Shown here piece by piece: positions 16,740-25,405 of a DNA stretch of 32,000 nt; within the stretch, counting starts at the first letter, position 1; each line of letters opens with the position of its first letter. The notes beneath the pieces were generated by a model, which saw nothing but the letters and a program-made list of their open reading frames with translations, did no database searches and was not told the DNA's origin. The DNA is from Acaryochloris marina S15 (GTDB lineage: Bacteria > Cyanobacteriota > Cyanobacteriia > Thermosynechococcales > Thermosynechococcaceae), in contig NZ_CP064923.1 of assembly GCF_018336915.1 (NCBI RefSeq), positions 210,001 through 242,000 of the forward strand. Direction: 5' to 3'. The translations under genes were made by a program, and so were the position numbers.

Positions 16740-16831
16740 TGATAGTGATTTAACACTGTCCAGATCGCCATTTTAAGCCTTTTTATGTTGCGTCTTGTGT
16801 CTGAACCTAAACGTTGGGCCAGCAATCAACA

Positions 16832-19800
16832 TCATTCGGAACACTGCCGTTGCGAGGGCAGCAGATTAGCAGTGGTTGTGAGATAGCTGGAGAGGTGACG
16901 ACACCCCTTCTCTAATAAAACGTCCAGATCGATATTTGCCTTCTGGAGTGTCGCTCCTGTGCCCACCCATATTTGCTTATCCTTTACATTGACCCGCGTC
17001 ACAGGACCCAACCTATCCAGCGTCTTGAGCAACGTTCCCTGATCTACCTGCCAAACCTTAACCGACTGATCCGGACTGCCTGAGATTAAAATTGGCTGAT
17101 TGGGAAGAAATGCTAGACTCATCACCCCATTTTGATGGCCCGTCAAGGTTTGTACTAACGTCTTGTCTTGCCATAGCTTGATCGTATTGTCCCAACTAGC
17201 AGACGCTAAAATATCACCTGCAGAATTGAACTGGACTTGAGCGATCGCCAAGCCATGGCCCGTCAACGTTTTGACTGGAGTGCCGTCCAGCTGCCACAGC
17301 TTCACCGTCTCGTCATCACTACCCGACGCTAGATAGCGAGGTCCAAAATCAACACTCGTCACGGGGCCATCGTGGGCCTGAATCGTTTTGACGGTTTTTC
17401 CCGTTGCCGCATCCCATAGGCGAATGGTTTGGTCATCACTGCCCGATACTAGGGTTTTGCCATTCGGACTGAAATCGAGACTATTGATTTTGCCCCTATG
17501 GCCGGAGAGAGTGCGTTGCACCGTCCCCTCATGGATATCCCACACCCTAATCGCTTTGTCATGTCCTGATACCAGCTGTTGGCTATCGGCACTAAACCGG
17601 AGGGCATAAACGGGCTTTAGATCGCCGTTGAAGCTTTTGAACGGTAGCTTACCCACTTGTGGATCGGACCGCCAGAGCTGAATCTTGCCGTCTAGACTGG
17701 CTATCGCTAAGGTCTGTTGGTCTGGACTAACGGCCATTGCCAGGATGATTGATACAGCCTCAAAAATAGAGGGTGTGGCCCAAACTCGGACCTGTTTATC
17801 AACACTGGCAGAGACTAAAGTTTTGCCATTGGGATGAAAGGCAGCATCTAGGGTTGCAGCACCATGCCCTTGCAGCACTGACAAGGGCTTACCTGTTTCC
17901 ACTTGCCAAAGTCGGAGACTGTGATCGGCATGGGTCGAGACTAAGGTGTTGCCATCCGGGCTAAAGGCCACGCTAGTTACAACAACATTCTCTGTTTGAA
18001 ACGTACGCAGTCGCTTGCCTGTTAGGGTCCATAACTGAATTGTGCCGTCTTCTGTAGAAGAGGCGATGGTCTGACCATCTGAACTAATGGCGATATCGGT
18101 GACTGCAGTGGTCTGTTGAGGCAATGTGCGGAGCGTTTGCCCCTGCGCCACATCCCAAATCCGTACAGTTTTATCTTCACTGGCAGACACGAGGATATTG
18201 CCAGTGGGATTAAAGGCAACGGCATTGACCCAACCCTGATGCCCAGACAAGGTTTTCACTGGCTTGCCTGTACTGGCCTCCCAGAGCTTAATCACGGATT
18301 CTCGGCCTGCGGTCGCCAGCTGGTTGCCTTGGGGATGGAAGGCTAAGCCTGTTCCATGAGACGCGGCAGTAAAGCTGGCAAGCTGTTTCCCTGTTTTGGG
18401 AGACCAGCGTTGCACCGTTCCCTGAGTAGTGATCACTGCAATGGATTGATCGTCAGGACTAAAAGCAACATCATTGACTTTCTCGCCAATTTCCAGAGTA
18501 TGGAGTCGCTTGCCATTCGCCTGCCAAATCCTCACAGTTTGATCATCACTGCCCGATGCAATCCACTGCCCCGATGAGCTAATGCTAACGGAAGTGACTC
18601 GTTGGGTATGGCCTTCCAGGCGATTTCTTTCTTGGGTTTTTGCGATCGCATCTCCTAACGTCAGGGCGGTTTGGGTGCGTATCGCTCCTAAGGTATTGCC
18701 ATCAATACCCCAACCCCAAAGGCCTTGGAACTGTCTTGCAGCTTGGGTACTGGTGAGAAGCGCTTCGAGTTGCTGATGCGATCGCAACTGGGATTCCGAC
18801 AAGGCATTTAAGGCCCGAATCTCACTCAGCTGGGTTTGCTGACGCTGAAGAAAAGCCATGCCCGCCAGTCCCGTCGCTGCTGCTCCCAGCAAGCTAATAA
18901 CGCCCACTGCAACCTGCGCCTGTCTCAGCTGCTGTTTGGCCTGTTTCTGTTCCTGCTCTTGGGCCGATAAACCTGCTTGAACAAAGGCTTGTACTTCCGC
19001 CGATAGCTCGTCTGTGTACTTCACATACAGCTCTGCTGCCGCATCCAGTCGCACTCCTCGCAACAGGAAATCTGGTGACTGCTGACTCTGCTGCCAATTT
19101 TCAGCAGCTTGCTCAATTTGACGCTGCGTTTGTAGCCGAACCCGGTTTTCTTCTAGCCACCAGCGCAAGGTGGACCAATGGCGAATCAAAATTTCATGGA
19201 CCACTTCCACAGTCACATCCTGCTTGATCCATTCCAGCCAATCCTCGGGTTCAGAGGGTTCGGATGCATCATTGCCTTTACTGCTTAAGGTCTGGGCTGG
19301 AGAAAGATCCTGCTCCAAACTAACAATCACTAATTTGGCATCCGTCAGCGTCTTGAGCGTTCGCTCTACTAATTCAGCCGGATATTTAGGCACGACTAAA
19401 TCAGACTTCTTGATTCGGCGGCGGGTATCTTCCGTTCCATCTCCCAATTGAGTCAAAGCCAGGAAAATCCACTGGGCACAGGCTTGACCCTCCGCATCAA
19501 AACCATCGTAAATGTCTTGGGCTTTCCGTTCTAAAGCGCCTTTTAGGCCACCGATTTGCTGTTGATAAATGGCCAGGGTCAAGGCACCAGGCTGCCGCTG
19601 TTCCCAAAGCTGTTCTAGGACAAACTCCAGCAGCGGTAAATCACCCGCTAGATTGCTGAGTTCTTCCAGCAATACCGCTACGAGTTCCGGGTCCACCGCT
19701 AGTCCCACCTGCTCCGCTGGATTCAGAATGACGTGGCGATAACTGCCCGTCGTCAGGGCAGGAGGCACCAGAATATTCGACTCAGGCAACCGCTGAGCTA

Positions 19801-21958
19801 AGACTGGATATTCCAGACAAGGCGCAATAAAATCGCTGCGCAGGGTGATGATCAGCTTGAAGCGATCACCTGCATGATCTATAGCTCCAAAAATTAGGTC
19901 CAAGAATTGCTGACGATCTTCAGGAGCCGCGAGGGTAAATAATTCCTCGAACTGATCGATAACCAGGACGATGGTGGATTGAGGTTGCGATCGCAACCAG
20001 TAGACAAACCCTTCAGTGCCCTGATAGAGCATCCCTTCCAGCTGCAGCCGCTGATACTGCTGTTCTTTGGCGGTCCCACTTTCGATTAACCGTTCCACTA
20101 ATACTTGTACTGGTTTGGCCCCTGGCCGCAAGCTCCGCATCCACCATTGGTCGCTGCCAGGAATATGCTGTCCCTGCTGGAGTTGGGCCATCAACCCCGC
20201 CTGCACCACTGAGGATTTACCGCTCCCCGAAGCTCCCACAACAGCCAGAAAAGACTGCTCTCGCACCGCCTCAATCAGTTGCTGAATTAAGACATCTCGC
20301 CCAAAGAAAAATGGTGCATCATCGGTTCCAAAGGCTCGCAGGCCCATATAGGGACAAATCCCTAAATCAAAATCGGATGTGGTGCTGCGCGCCCCCATGC
20401 CGCCAGGCAAAACCTCAATTACTCCTTGCACCCCCGATAGCCAGGTATGCAACTGCATGTCACTCCCCGCTAGTTGAATCTGCAACTGGGCGATCCAGCT
20501 TGCAACTGGCATCCCGTCCTGGGGATTGGCCTGGGTCAGCGTCTGGTTCAACTTCTCTGCAAACTGGTCTGGCTGATCTGCTGGAGCCGCTGCGGCTAAC
20601 AAACATTGCCCCTGGTAATGAGTCTGCAGATCTTCAATCCAATCCAGAAGATCTGTAGCTCCTGGACAATCCAAAATCACGACTTGTTGGGCTAGAGGCG
20701 AACGTTTGAGCATCTGCCGCAACCAAGATCGACTGATTGCTACCCCTTCTGGCAAGACCAGATTGGCTTCGCCCGTTTCCGTTTGCTCCGTTTTGCCGCG
20801 CAAGTAGAGGAGTGCGGTCGTTACCGTAGTCGGAGCAACAGCCTGAGCCTCTGCCACCTGTAGACAGCTCTGAATCGCCTCTCGTACCTCCTGCCATGTT
20901 TGTTCGGCTTTGGGGAAATAGGTGAGCTCAAAGGCTCCTGTACCTCGTAATACTTTTCCTAACGCCAAAGCCGTGGGATTATCCGCTAATCCCGCCACCA
21001 TTAGGGCCTGTCGAGGATAGGCATGGACGGGCAACTCTGGCTGCAGGCCCAACACCAATTCCCCTACCCCTTCCACAATCCGCTTCGGTGTTTGTTGGGG
21101 ATATTCGGCATCGAGCTGGGTTTCACCTCGCCCTCGCTTTTGCTGATTAATCAGGCGGAGCTGCTGATTAACCTTATCGATATAGCGCAGGGTTTGGTAG
21201 TAGACGTACTTGTAGAGGGTATCGGCTTCAATCACTCCGTCGTCATCTGCAGCTTCTCCTAACAGTCCCTGAATCAGGTAATAGGTAAACACCCCATGTT
21301 CTAGCTCTGGGAACTCCCAAGACTGTTGGTTTTGATCGCAAGACAGCAGGGCATAAAACCCCTTGCTCTGGGCCGCCCGCTGCCGCAGCAGAGCCATCAA
21401 TTGGGGGGTAGGATTGGGCAATATTTCTGGGGTTTCATCTTTACTCCCCAACCGCATACTCATACCGCCGCTATGGCAAGCATCCAGCCATACCAATTGC
21501 TGATGAGCTGCGCTATCCGCCAAGGTGGCCAGCAGTTCCTGCACAGGAAGCCCCGTCTGCAGTAGCTGTTCTTTTTGGGTATTGGCTAGGCATAAAAAGG
21601 TCTGCTGCGTCGGCTGATCAACGACGCCATGTCCTGAGAAATAAACAAGAATGGTGTCTTGAGGTTTGGCCTGATCGATAATCTGCTGCAGACTGGTGCG
21701 AACGCTCGCTAAGTCTGGTGATGAGTTGCTTGGTGCTTGCGGATGATCGTGATGCAAGACAATGGATTTTTGCGGAAATGCCTCAGTCGCAGTCGCAAGG
21801 GCATCTCCCAACCCCTGGCAATCTAAAGCCGGATAGGCCAGATTTGACAGTTGTGCATCAGCATAATGATTGACCCCCACCAACACGACCCATAGCTTGG
21901 TTTCTCCCGATTCTAAAGCTCGGGTGGATCGACTCGTGTTAACACTAACTGGTGACAT
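16832..21958 (-). CDS. Caspase (peptidase C14 orthocaspase), caspase-like domain, STAND P-loop NTPase, hydrophobic segment, WD40 x about 13-14 (NLR-like)
   Basis: Caspase motifs are YFSGHG (His codon 21629-21631) and WLDACHSGG (Cys codon 21476-21478). The NTPase has CPYMGLRAFGTDDAPFFFGRD, Walker A GASGSGKS (20213-20236) and Walker B VLVIDQFEE. The hydrophobic segment VAVGVISLLGAAATGLAGMAFL is at 18848-18913. WD repeats end in TVRIWQ, VIKLWE, TVRIWD, TIQLWT, SLRLWQ, QVRVWA, KIQLWR, AIRVWD, TIRLWD, TVKLWQ, TIKLWQ, SVKVWQ and similar. Confidence 0.9.
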   Translation of the reverse strand: MSPVSVNTSRSTRALESGETKLWVVLVGVNHYADAQLSNLAYPALDCQGLGDALATATEAFPQKSIVLHHDHPQAPSNSSPDLASVRTSLQQIIDQAKPQDTILVYFSGHGVVDQPTQQTFLCLANTQKEQLLQTGLPVQELLATLADSAAHQQLVWLDACHSGGMSMRLGSKDETPEILPNPTPQLMALLRQRAAQSKGFYALLSCDQNQQSWEFPELEHGVFTYYLIQGLLGEAADDDGVIEADTLYKYVYYQTLRYIDKVNQQLRLINQQKRGRGETQLDAEYPQQTPKRIVEGVGELVLGLQPELPVHAYPRQALMVAGLADNPTALALGKVLRGTGAFELTYFPKAEQTWQEVREAIQSCLQVAEAQAVAPTTVTTALLYLRGKTEQTETGEANLVLPEGVAISRSWLRQMLKRSPLAQQVVILDCPGATDLLDWIEDLQTHYQGQCLLAAAAPADQPDQFAEKLNQTLTQANPQDGMPVASWIAQLQIQLAGSDMQLHTWLSGVQGVIEVLPGGMGARSTTSDFDLGICPYMGLRAFGTDDAPFFFGRDVLIQQLIEAVREQSFLAVVGASGSGKSSVVQAGLMAQLQQGQHIPGSDQWWMRSLRPGAKPVQVLVERLIESGTAKEQQYQRLQLEGMLYQGTEGFVYWLRSQPQSTIVLVIDQFEELFTLAAPEDRQQFLDLIFGAIDHAGDRFKLIITLRSDFIAPCLEYPVLAQRLPESNILVPPALTTGSYRHVILNPAEQVGLAVDPELVAVLLEELSNLAGDLPLLEFVLEQLWEQRQPGALTLAIYQQQIGGLKGALERKAQDIYDGFDAEGQACAQWIFLALTQLGDGTEDTRRRIKKSDLVVPKYPAELVERTLKTLTDAKLVIVSLEQDLSPAQTLSSKGNDASEPSEPEDWLEWIKQDVTVEVVHEILIRHWSTLRWWLEENRVRLQTQRQIEQAAENWQQSQQSPDFLLRGVRLDAAAELYVKYTDELSAEVQAFVQAGLSAQEQEQKQAKQQLRQAQVAVGVISLLGAAATGLAGMAFLQRQQTQLSEIRALNALSESQLRSHQQLEALLTSTQAARQFQGLWGWGIDGNTLGAIRTQTALTLGDAIAKTQERNRLEGHTQRVTSVSISSSGQWIASGSDDQTVRIWQANGKRLHTLEIGEKVNDVAFSPDDQSIAVITTQGTVQRWSPKTGKQLASFTAASHGTGLAFHPQGNQLATAGRESVIKLWEASTGKPVKTLSGHQGWVNAVAFNPTGNILVSASEDKTVRIWDVAQGQTLRTLPQQTTAVTDIAISSDGQTIASSTEDGTIQLWTLTGKRLRTFQTENVVVTSVAFSPDGNTLVSTHADHSLRLWQVETGKPLSVLQGHGAATLDAAFHPNGKTLVSASVDKQVRVWATPSIFEAVSIILAMAVSPDQQTLAIASLDGKIQLWRSDPQVGKLPFKSFNGDLKPVYALRFSADSQQLVSGHDKAIRVWDIHEGTVQRTLSGHRGKINSLDFSPNGKTLVSGSDDQTIRLWDAATGKTVKTIQAHDGPVTSVDFGPRYLASGSDDETVKLWQLDGTPVKTLTGHGLAIAQVQFNSAGDILASASWDNTIKLWQDKTLVQTLTGHQNGVMSLAFLPNQPILISGSPDQSVKVWQVDQGTLLKTLDRLGPVTRVNVKDKQIWVGTGATLQKANIDLDVLLEKGCRHLSSYLTTTANLLPSQRQCSE

Positions 21959-22337
21959 AACGATGGGTAGATTTTACGCTTTTCCCTGGCTGGAGTGGCT
22001 GAGGGGCATGTAGTTCTGTTCTACAGTCAGCCCAGGACGGACAAGCGCCTTCTCCAACTTATAGGGTTCAGTCTCCAGATTTATGCCATCAGATCAGATT
22101 TTGATGGATCAGGGCTGATGATGAGCGTGAGCGGTCTAGAAAGGAGGGGCCAGCTTGCCCATGAGCAGATAGCGAATAAGGTTGGCATAGGCTAGATTTG
22201 GAACTCAGACCTCTATTTAGAAGTCAGCGAGAGGAGTGGTTCCTCAACATAGAAGTCTACCAATAGGCTGATAGATCAATCAGTGGCTGATATTTTTAGC
22301 TACACATCATTTGTTGTTGGAATTTTGAGGATTAAGA

Positions 22338-23243
22338 ATGAGCTTACAAGGGAAGAGATGGTTGTCTGGCATTGCAGTAGGCAGCATTCTCAGTGGGCTG
22401 TTCATTCAACCTGTCTTAGCAGGAACGAATTTAACCAGTGCCAAAGTCTATGACTTTGACTCCCAAGTGCAACTAGAGCCAGTTAAGCAAAAGTCTCGTC
22501 TTGCCAAAATCGGTGACGTGATGGTGCCGATGGATATTCTCAAAACGGGGTCTAGTGCTTGGGCCAAGCTGCTGTTTAATGAAGGCACCTTATTTAGGAT
22601 TCATGCCAACGCCAAGTTCTTTTTTGTCCCGAATACTCGGAGCTTTCAGCTCAAGCATGGATTAGTCTTATCGATGATTCAGCCGGGACAGGGAATCACG
22701 ACGGTGATTACGCCGACGGCCAAAATCGTGGCTTTTGGCACAGCCCTAACGGTTCGCCATGATTCCACTAAAAATACAACGATCGTTAGTGCTCTAACGG
22801 AGAAACCCGGTCGGCCTATCTTTGTCTCCAACGATAATGGCGCAGGACAAATTCGGCTGAAAGCCGGCGAACAAGTCGAAATTAAAGATAATGTGGTGGG
22901 TCCTGTCCAATCCTTTAGTCTGCCAGCCTTCTATCAGGCCTGTCCGATGAGTAGGGTATTAGCCCCTGAGCAAGAACAGCTAGTCGCCCTAGAACCGACG
23001 GAAGTGCAAACTCCCTTATTAGTTATTCGGGAGGAAACAGCGGAAGCTGTGGCAAGCCAATCTGTCACCCCTGCCTCCTCATCTACTGAACTGACTAAAC
23101 TGTGCGCACCGGTTGCAGAATTACCGGAAGAGAAAAAACAGCGACCTAACAGTGGCCCTAGGATTGGCATTGGCGGTTGTATTCCTTTCCTCACCTGCGG
23201 AACAGGCAGACCCAATCCCCGCGTCCCTGGACAACGACCCTAA
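22338..23243 (+). CDS. Secreted FecR-domain protein
   Basis: GAGGA RBS at 22327-22331. Signal peptide is GIAVGSILSGLFIQPVLAG. FecR-like core is IGDVMVPMDILKTGSSAWAKLLFNEGTLFRIHANAKFFF. The C-terminal tail is Cys/Gly/Pro-rich (GIGGCIPFLTCGTGRPNPRVPGQRP). Confidence 0.65.
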   Translation: MSLQGKRWLSGIAVGSILSGLFIQPVLAGTNLTSAKVYDFDSQVQLEPVKQKSRLAKIGDVMVPMDILKTGSSAWAKLLFNEGTLFRIHANAKFFFVPNTRSFQLKHGLVLSMIQPGQGITTVITPTAKIVAFGTALTVRHDSTKNTTIVSALTEKPGRPIFVSNDNGAGQIRLKAGEQVEIKDNVVGPVQSFSLPAFYQACPMSRVLAPEQEQLVALEPTEVQTPLLVIREETAEAVASQSVTPASSSTELTKLCAPVAELPEEKKQRPNSGPRIGIGGCIPFLTCGTGRPNPRVPGQRP

Positions 23244-24493
23244 TTGGAGGTCGCTGCTGGTTTTTCTTTGGGTTTAGACTTAAGGCTGTCGATTAAGCCG
23301 CTATATAGAGCCGTAAACTTCGCTTCTTCAAGGGGCTGGTTGTTGTTCCAGGTGGCAGACACGCAGTAGGTCTTGCCGTCTTTGCTTTGCATCTGGGTGG
23401 TGAAATTAAGCACTCCAGGCTCTGATCCCCCTTTAAAGGAAAGGGTCTGCCAATCTTGGGGACGGGCTAAACCGGGATTAATTTGCGTGACGGGCAAGTC
23501 GGCAACGCTTGCCATGAGTTGACAGAGTTCTGTCGTGGTATAGAACCACTCAATCTCTGGGGACAGGACTCCTGAGGTTAGATCTGAAACGGAGGGGAGT
23601 GGAGCCGAGTCAGTGAGCAGGGCTTGACGCTGTTTGGTGTCGGTAGCAAGATAGCGATCGCGCAGTGATACATTGCTAGGATTCTTGAGCACAAACGCTT
23701 CTCGTGTCATCAGAAACGGCGTATTGCGCGGAGAAAGTTTTTCCAAGGCGGGTTTGCCCACCAGTTTAATCAGATGGTCTGTAGCAGTGTTATCACTTTG
23801 AGAAATCATCAAAGCCGCCAGACTATACACCGTTAAGGCTGCATTGTCGGGCCAGGTGTGCAAGAACCCAGACGGTAAGCTTTTTAACTGCGGCTGTAGC
23901 TTCACCACCGCATCCCAAGACGTTTGCTTGGCAGCAATCTGCGTCTTCAGCACATTCAGCACAGCCAGTTTAAAGGTAGAACCAACGGCGAGGGGCTGAT
24001 CGGGGTTGTGGGACAGTTTGGGCGTTCCATTTTCCAGCACCAATAGGCTAACTTTGCCGGGGAGCGCCTTAAAAGCAGAGGTTGGATCCTGAGAGGGCTT
24101 AGGATGCGCTCGCGGTGCTTGAAACAGTAATCCAGAAATCAACCCTTGCTGATTGAGCACCAAGCGGGTGGGGACGATGCCTTTTTCAAACACCACCACA
24201 AAACCAGTGCCATCCTCTCGCACCCCTTGGTAAGGACCGAGTTGCTGCTTCATATTGTTAATAATGGTCTGGACCTGGGGAGCCGCCACTTGTGACAAAA
24301 AAGTGGGCGTAAACCAATTGGCCAACACCACGGAACTGGTAAATAAGCGGGTGAGCATTTTGCCTTGCGGCGTTTGGGGAGTGGTCTGGGGGGCAGAAGT
24401 TTGAGGGTTGGCATATCCCCTAGGACTCATCAACATCCCTGATGTCGTGATCAAAAGACTGAGCAATACAACCAACCGAGTGTGATATTTCAT
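23240..24493 (-). CDS. Secreted serine hydrolase, class A beta-lactamase-like, with an N-terminal extension of about 130 aa
   Basis: Signal peptide is MKYHTRLVVLLSLLITTSGMLMSPRGYA. The SxxK motif is GSTFKLAVL, the SDN motif is SQSDNTATDHL, and FKGGSEPG stands in for KTG. AGAGG RBS is upstream. Confidence 0.7.
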   Translation of the reverse strand: MKYHTRLVVLLSLLITTSGMLMSPRGYANPQTSAPQTTPQTPQGKMLTRLFTSSVVLANWFTPTFLSQVAAPQVQTIINNMKQQLGPYQGVREDGTGFVVVFEKGIVPTRLVLNQQGLISGLLFQAPRAHPKPSQDPTSAFKALPGKVSLLVLENGTPKLSHNPDQPLAVGSTFKLAVLNVLKTQIAAKQTSWDAVVKLQPQLKSLPSGFLHTWPDNAALTVYSLAALMISQSDNTATDHLIKLVGKPALEKLSPRNTPFLMTREAFVLKNPSNVSLRDRYLATDTKQRQALLTDSAPLPSVSDLTSGVLSPEIEWFYTTTELCQLMASVADLPVTQINPGLARPQDWQTLSFKGGSEPGVLNFTTQMQSKDGKTYCVSATWNNNQPLEEAKFTALYSGLIDSLKSKPKEKPAATSN

Positions 24494-24595
24494 GGATTAA
24501 ACCTCTGGGTCCAGAACAAATGTCTGATGACAGCAACGGATTCCAACTCCTGAAGTATAATCTTGCCCAAATGGTAGTTGAGAGTATCAATCGTT

Positions 24596-25387
24596 ATGGG
24601 TGTTGGGATTATTCTGGTGTGTGCACTCTTCATCCTTGTGATCTGGTTGGCATTTCAACCCAAGCAGGGAGAAACCGCAGCAAACTCGCCAGACCAGCCC
24701 GACCCACCCTATATCCCCCCTCCACCAAAGACCGGAAATTTCTCCGATGATTTCTCTCAGTTGCCCCCAGGCCCACCGAATTTAGATCATCTCTCTGATT
24801 CGCCAGAAGACAAGCCCCACCCAGACGATGAATTCTCACCTCTTATCGTTGATTCCTCTGTATTAGATCTCAACGTGATAAGCGACGGCATAGATGATTC
24901 CTCTGGGCAAGGCCCCATCGTCATTAGCGATGATCTCCGCCAGCAGGTCCAACAACTTGTGGCAGAAGGACGTGAGATTACTGCGGTTAAACAGTTGCGG
25001 CAACAGGGCATGGAGCTGGACGAAGCTCGACGATATCTTGACGCTTTGCCCACCCCTCCTCCCATCGATGTAGTAGACGACTCATCCAAACAGCAGAATT
25101 ACGCGCAGGTTGAAGCTGAAGTCCGGCGATTCCTGGCCAAAGACCAAAAAATCAACGCTATCAACTATGTTCTTGAACAATGGGGATATGGCCTCAAAGC
25201 GGCAAAAGCCTATATTGAATCACTAGAAGAAACAAGCAACCCATCACCCAGTCGAGCTGAGCTAGACGCTGAGGTTCGTCTGCTGTTGTCTCAAGACCGC
25301 AAAATCTCGGCAGTTAAATTGGTGCGGTTGCACTTAGGCTATGACCTGAAAGACGCTAAACAGTATGTGGAATCTCTCGAAGACTAA
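24596..25387 (+). CDS. Membrane-anchored protein with a Pro/Asp-rich linker and three L7/L12-C-terminal-like repeats
   Basis: The TM is MGVGIILVCALFILVIWLAF. The repeats are EITAVKQLRQQGMELDEARRYLDAL, KINAINYVLEQWGYGLKAAKAYIESLEE and KISAVKLVRLHLGYDLKDAKQYVESLED. Compare ribosomal L7/L12 [25 protein letters not shown]. ORF-track start 24578 is TTG. Confidence 0.7.
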   Translation: MGVGIILVCALFILVIWLAFQPKQGETAANSPDQPDPPYIPPPPKTGNFSDDFSQLPPGPPNLDHLSDSPEDKPHPDDEFSPLIVDSSVLDLNVISDGIDDSSGQGPIVISDDLRQQVQQLVAEGREITAVKQLRQQGMELDEARRYLDALPTPPPIDVVDDSSKQQNYAQVEAEVRRFLAKDQKINAINYVLEQWGYGLKAAKAYIESLEETSNPSPSRAELDAEVRLLLSQDRKISAVKLVRLHLGYDLKDAKQYVESLED

Positions 25388-25405
25388 GCCAACGGCGTCG
25401 CTGTT

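Noticed and set aside
16772-16785. 14-nt string TTTAAGCCTTTTTA shared with 30165..30178
   Set aside because: A single 14-mer coincidence is expected by chance in a 32-kb window when both strands and all pairs are considered. There is no extended similarity around it.
17388-21565. Numerous 61-115-aa ORFs inside or antisense to the 1708-aa gene
   Set aside because: They are shadow ORFs of a long, continuous, motif-rich reading frame. None has a recognisable domain or RBS.
21995-22195. 66-aa ORF (GTG start) in the divergent intergenic region between the caspase gene and the FecR-like gene
   Set aside because: No RBS and no motifs. The region more likely holds the two promoters. Kept only as part of the neighbourhood finding.
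24520-24750. 76-aa ORF upstream of and overlapping the L7/L12-like gene
   Set aside because: It is in a different frame from the TM-plus-repeat protein, and has no RBS or motif.
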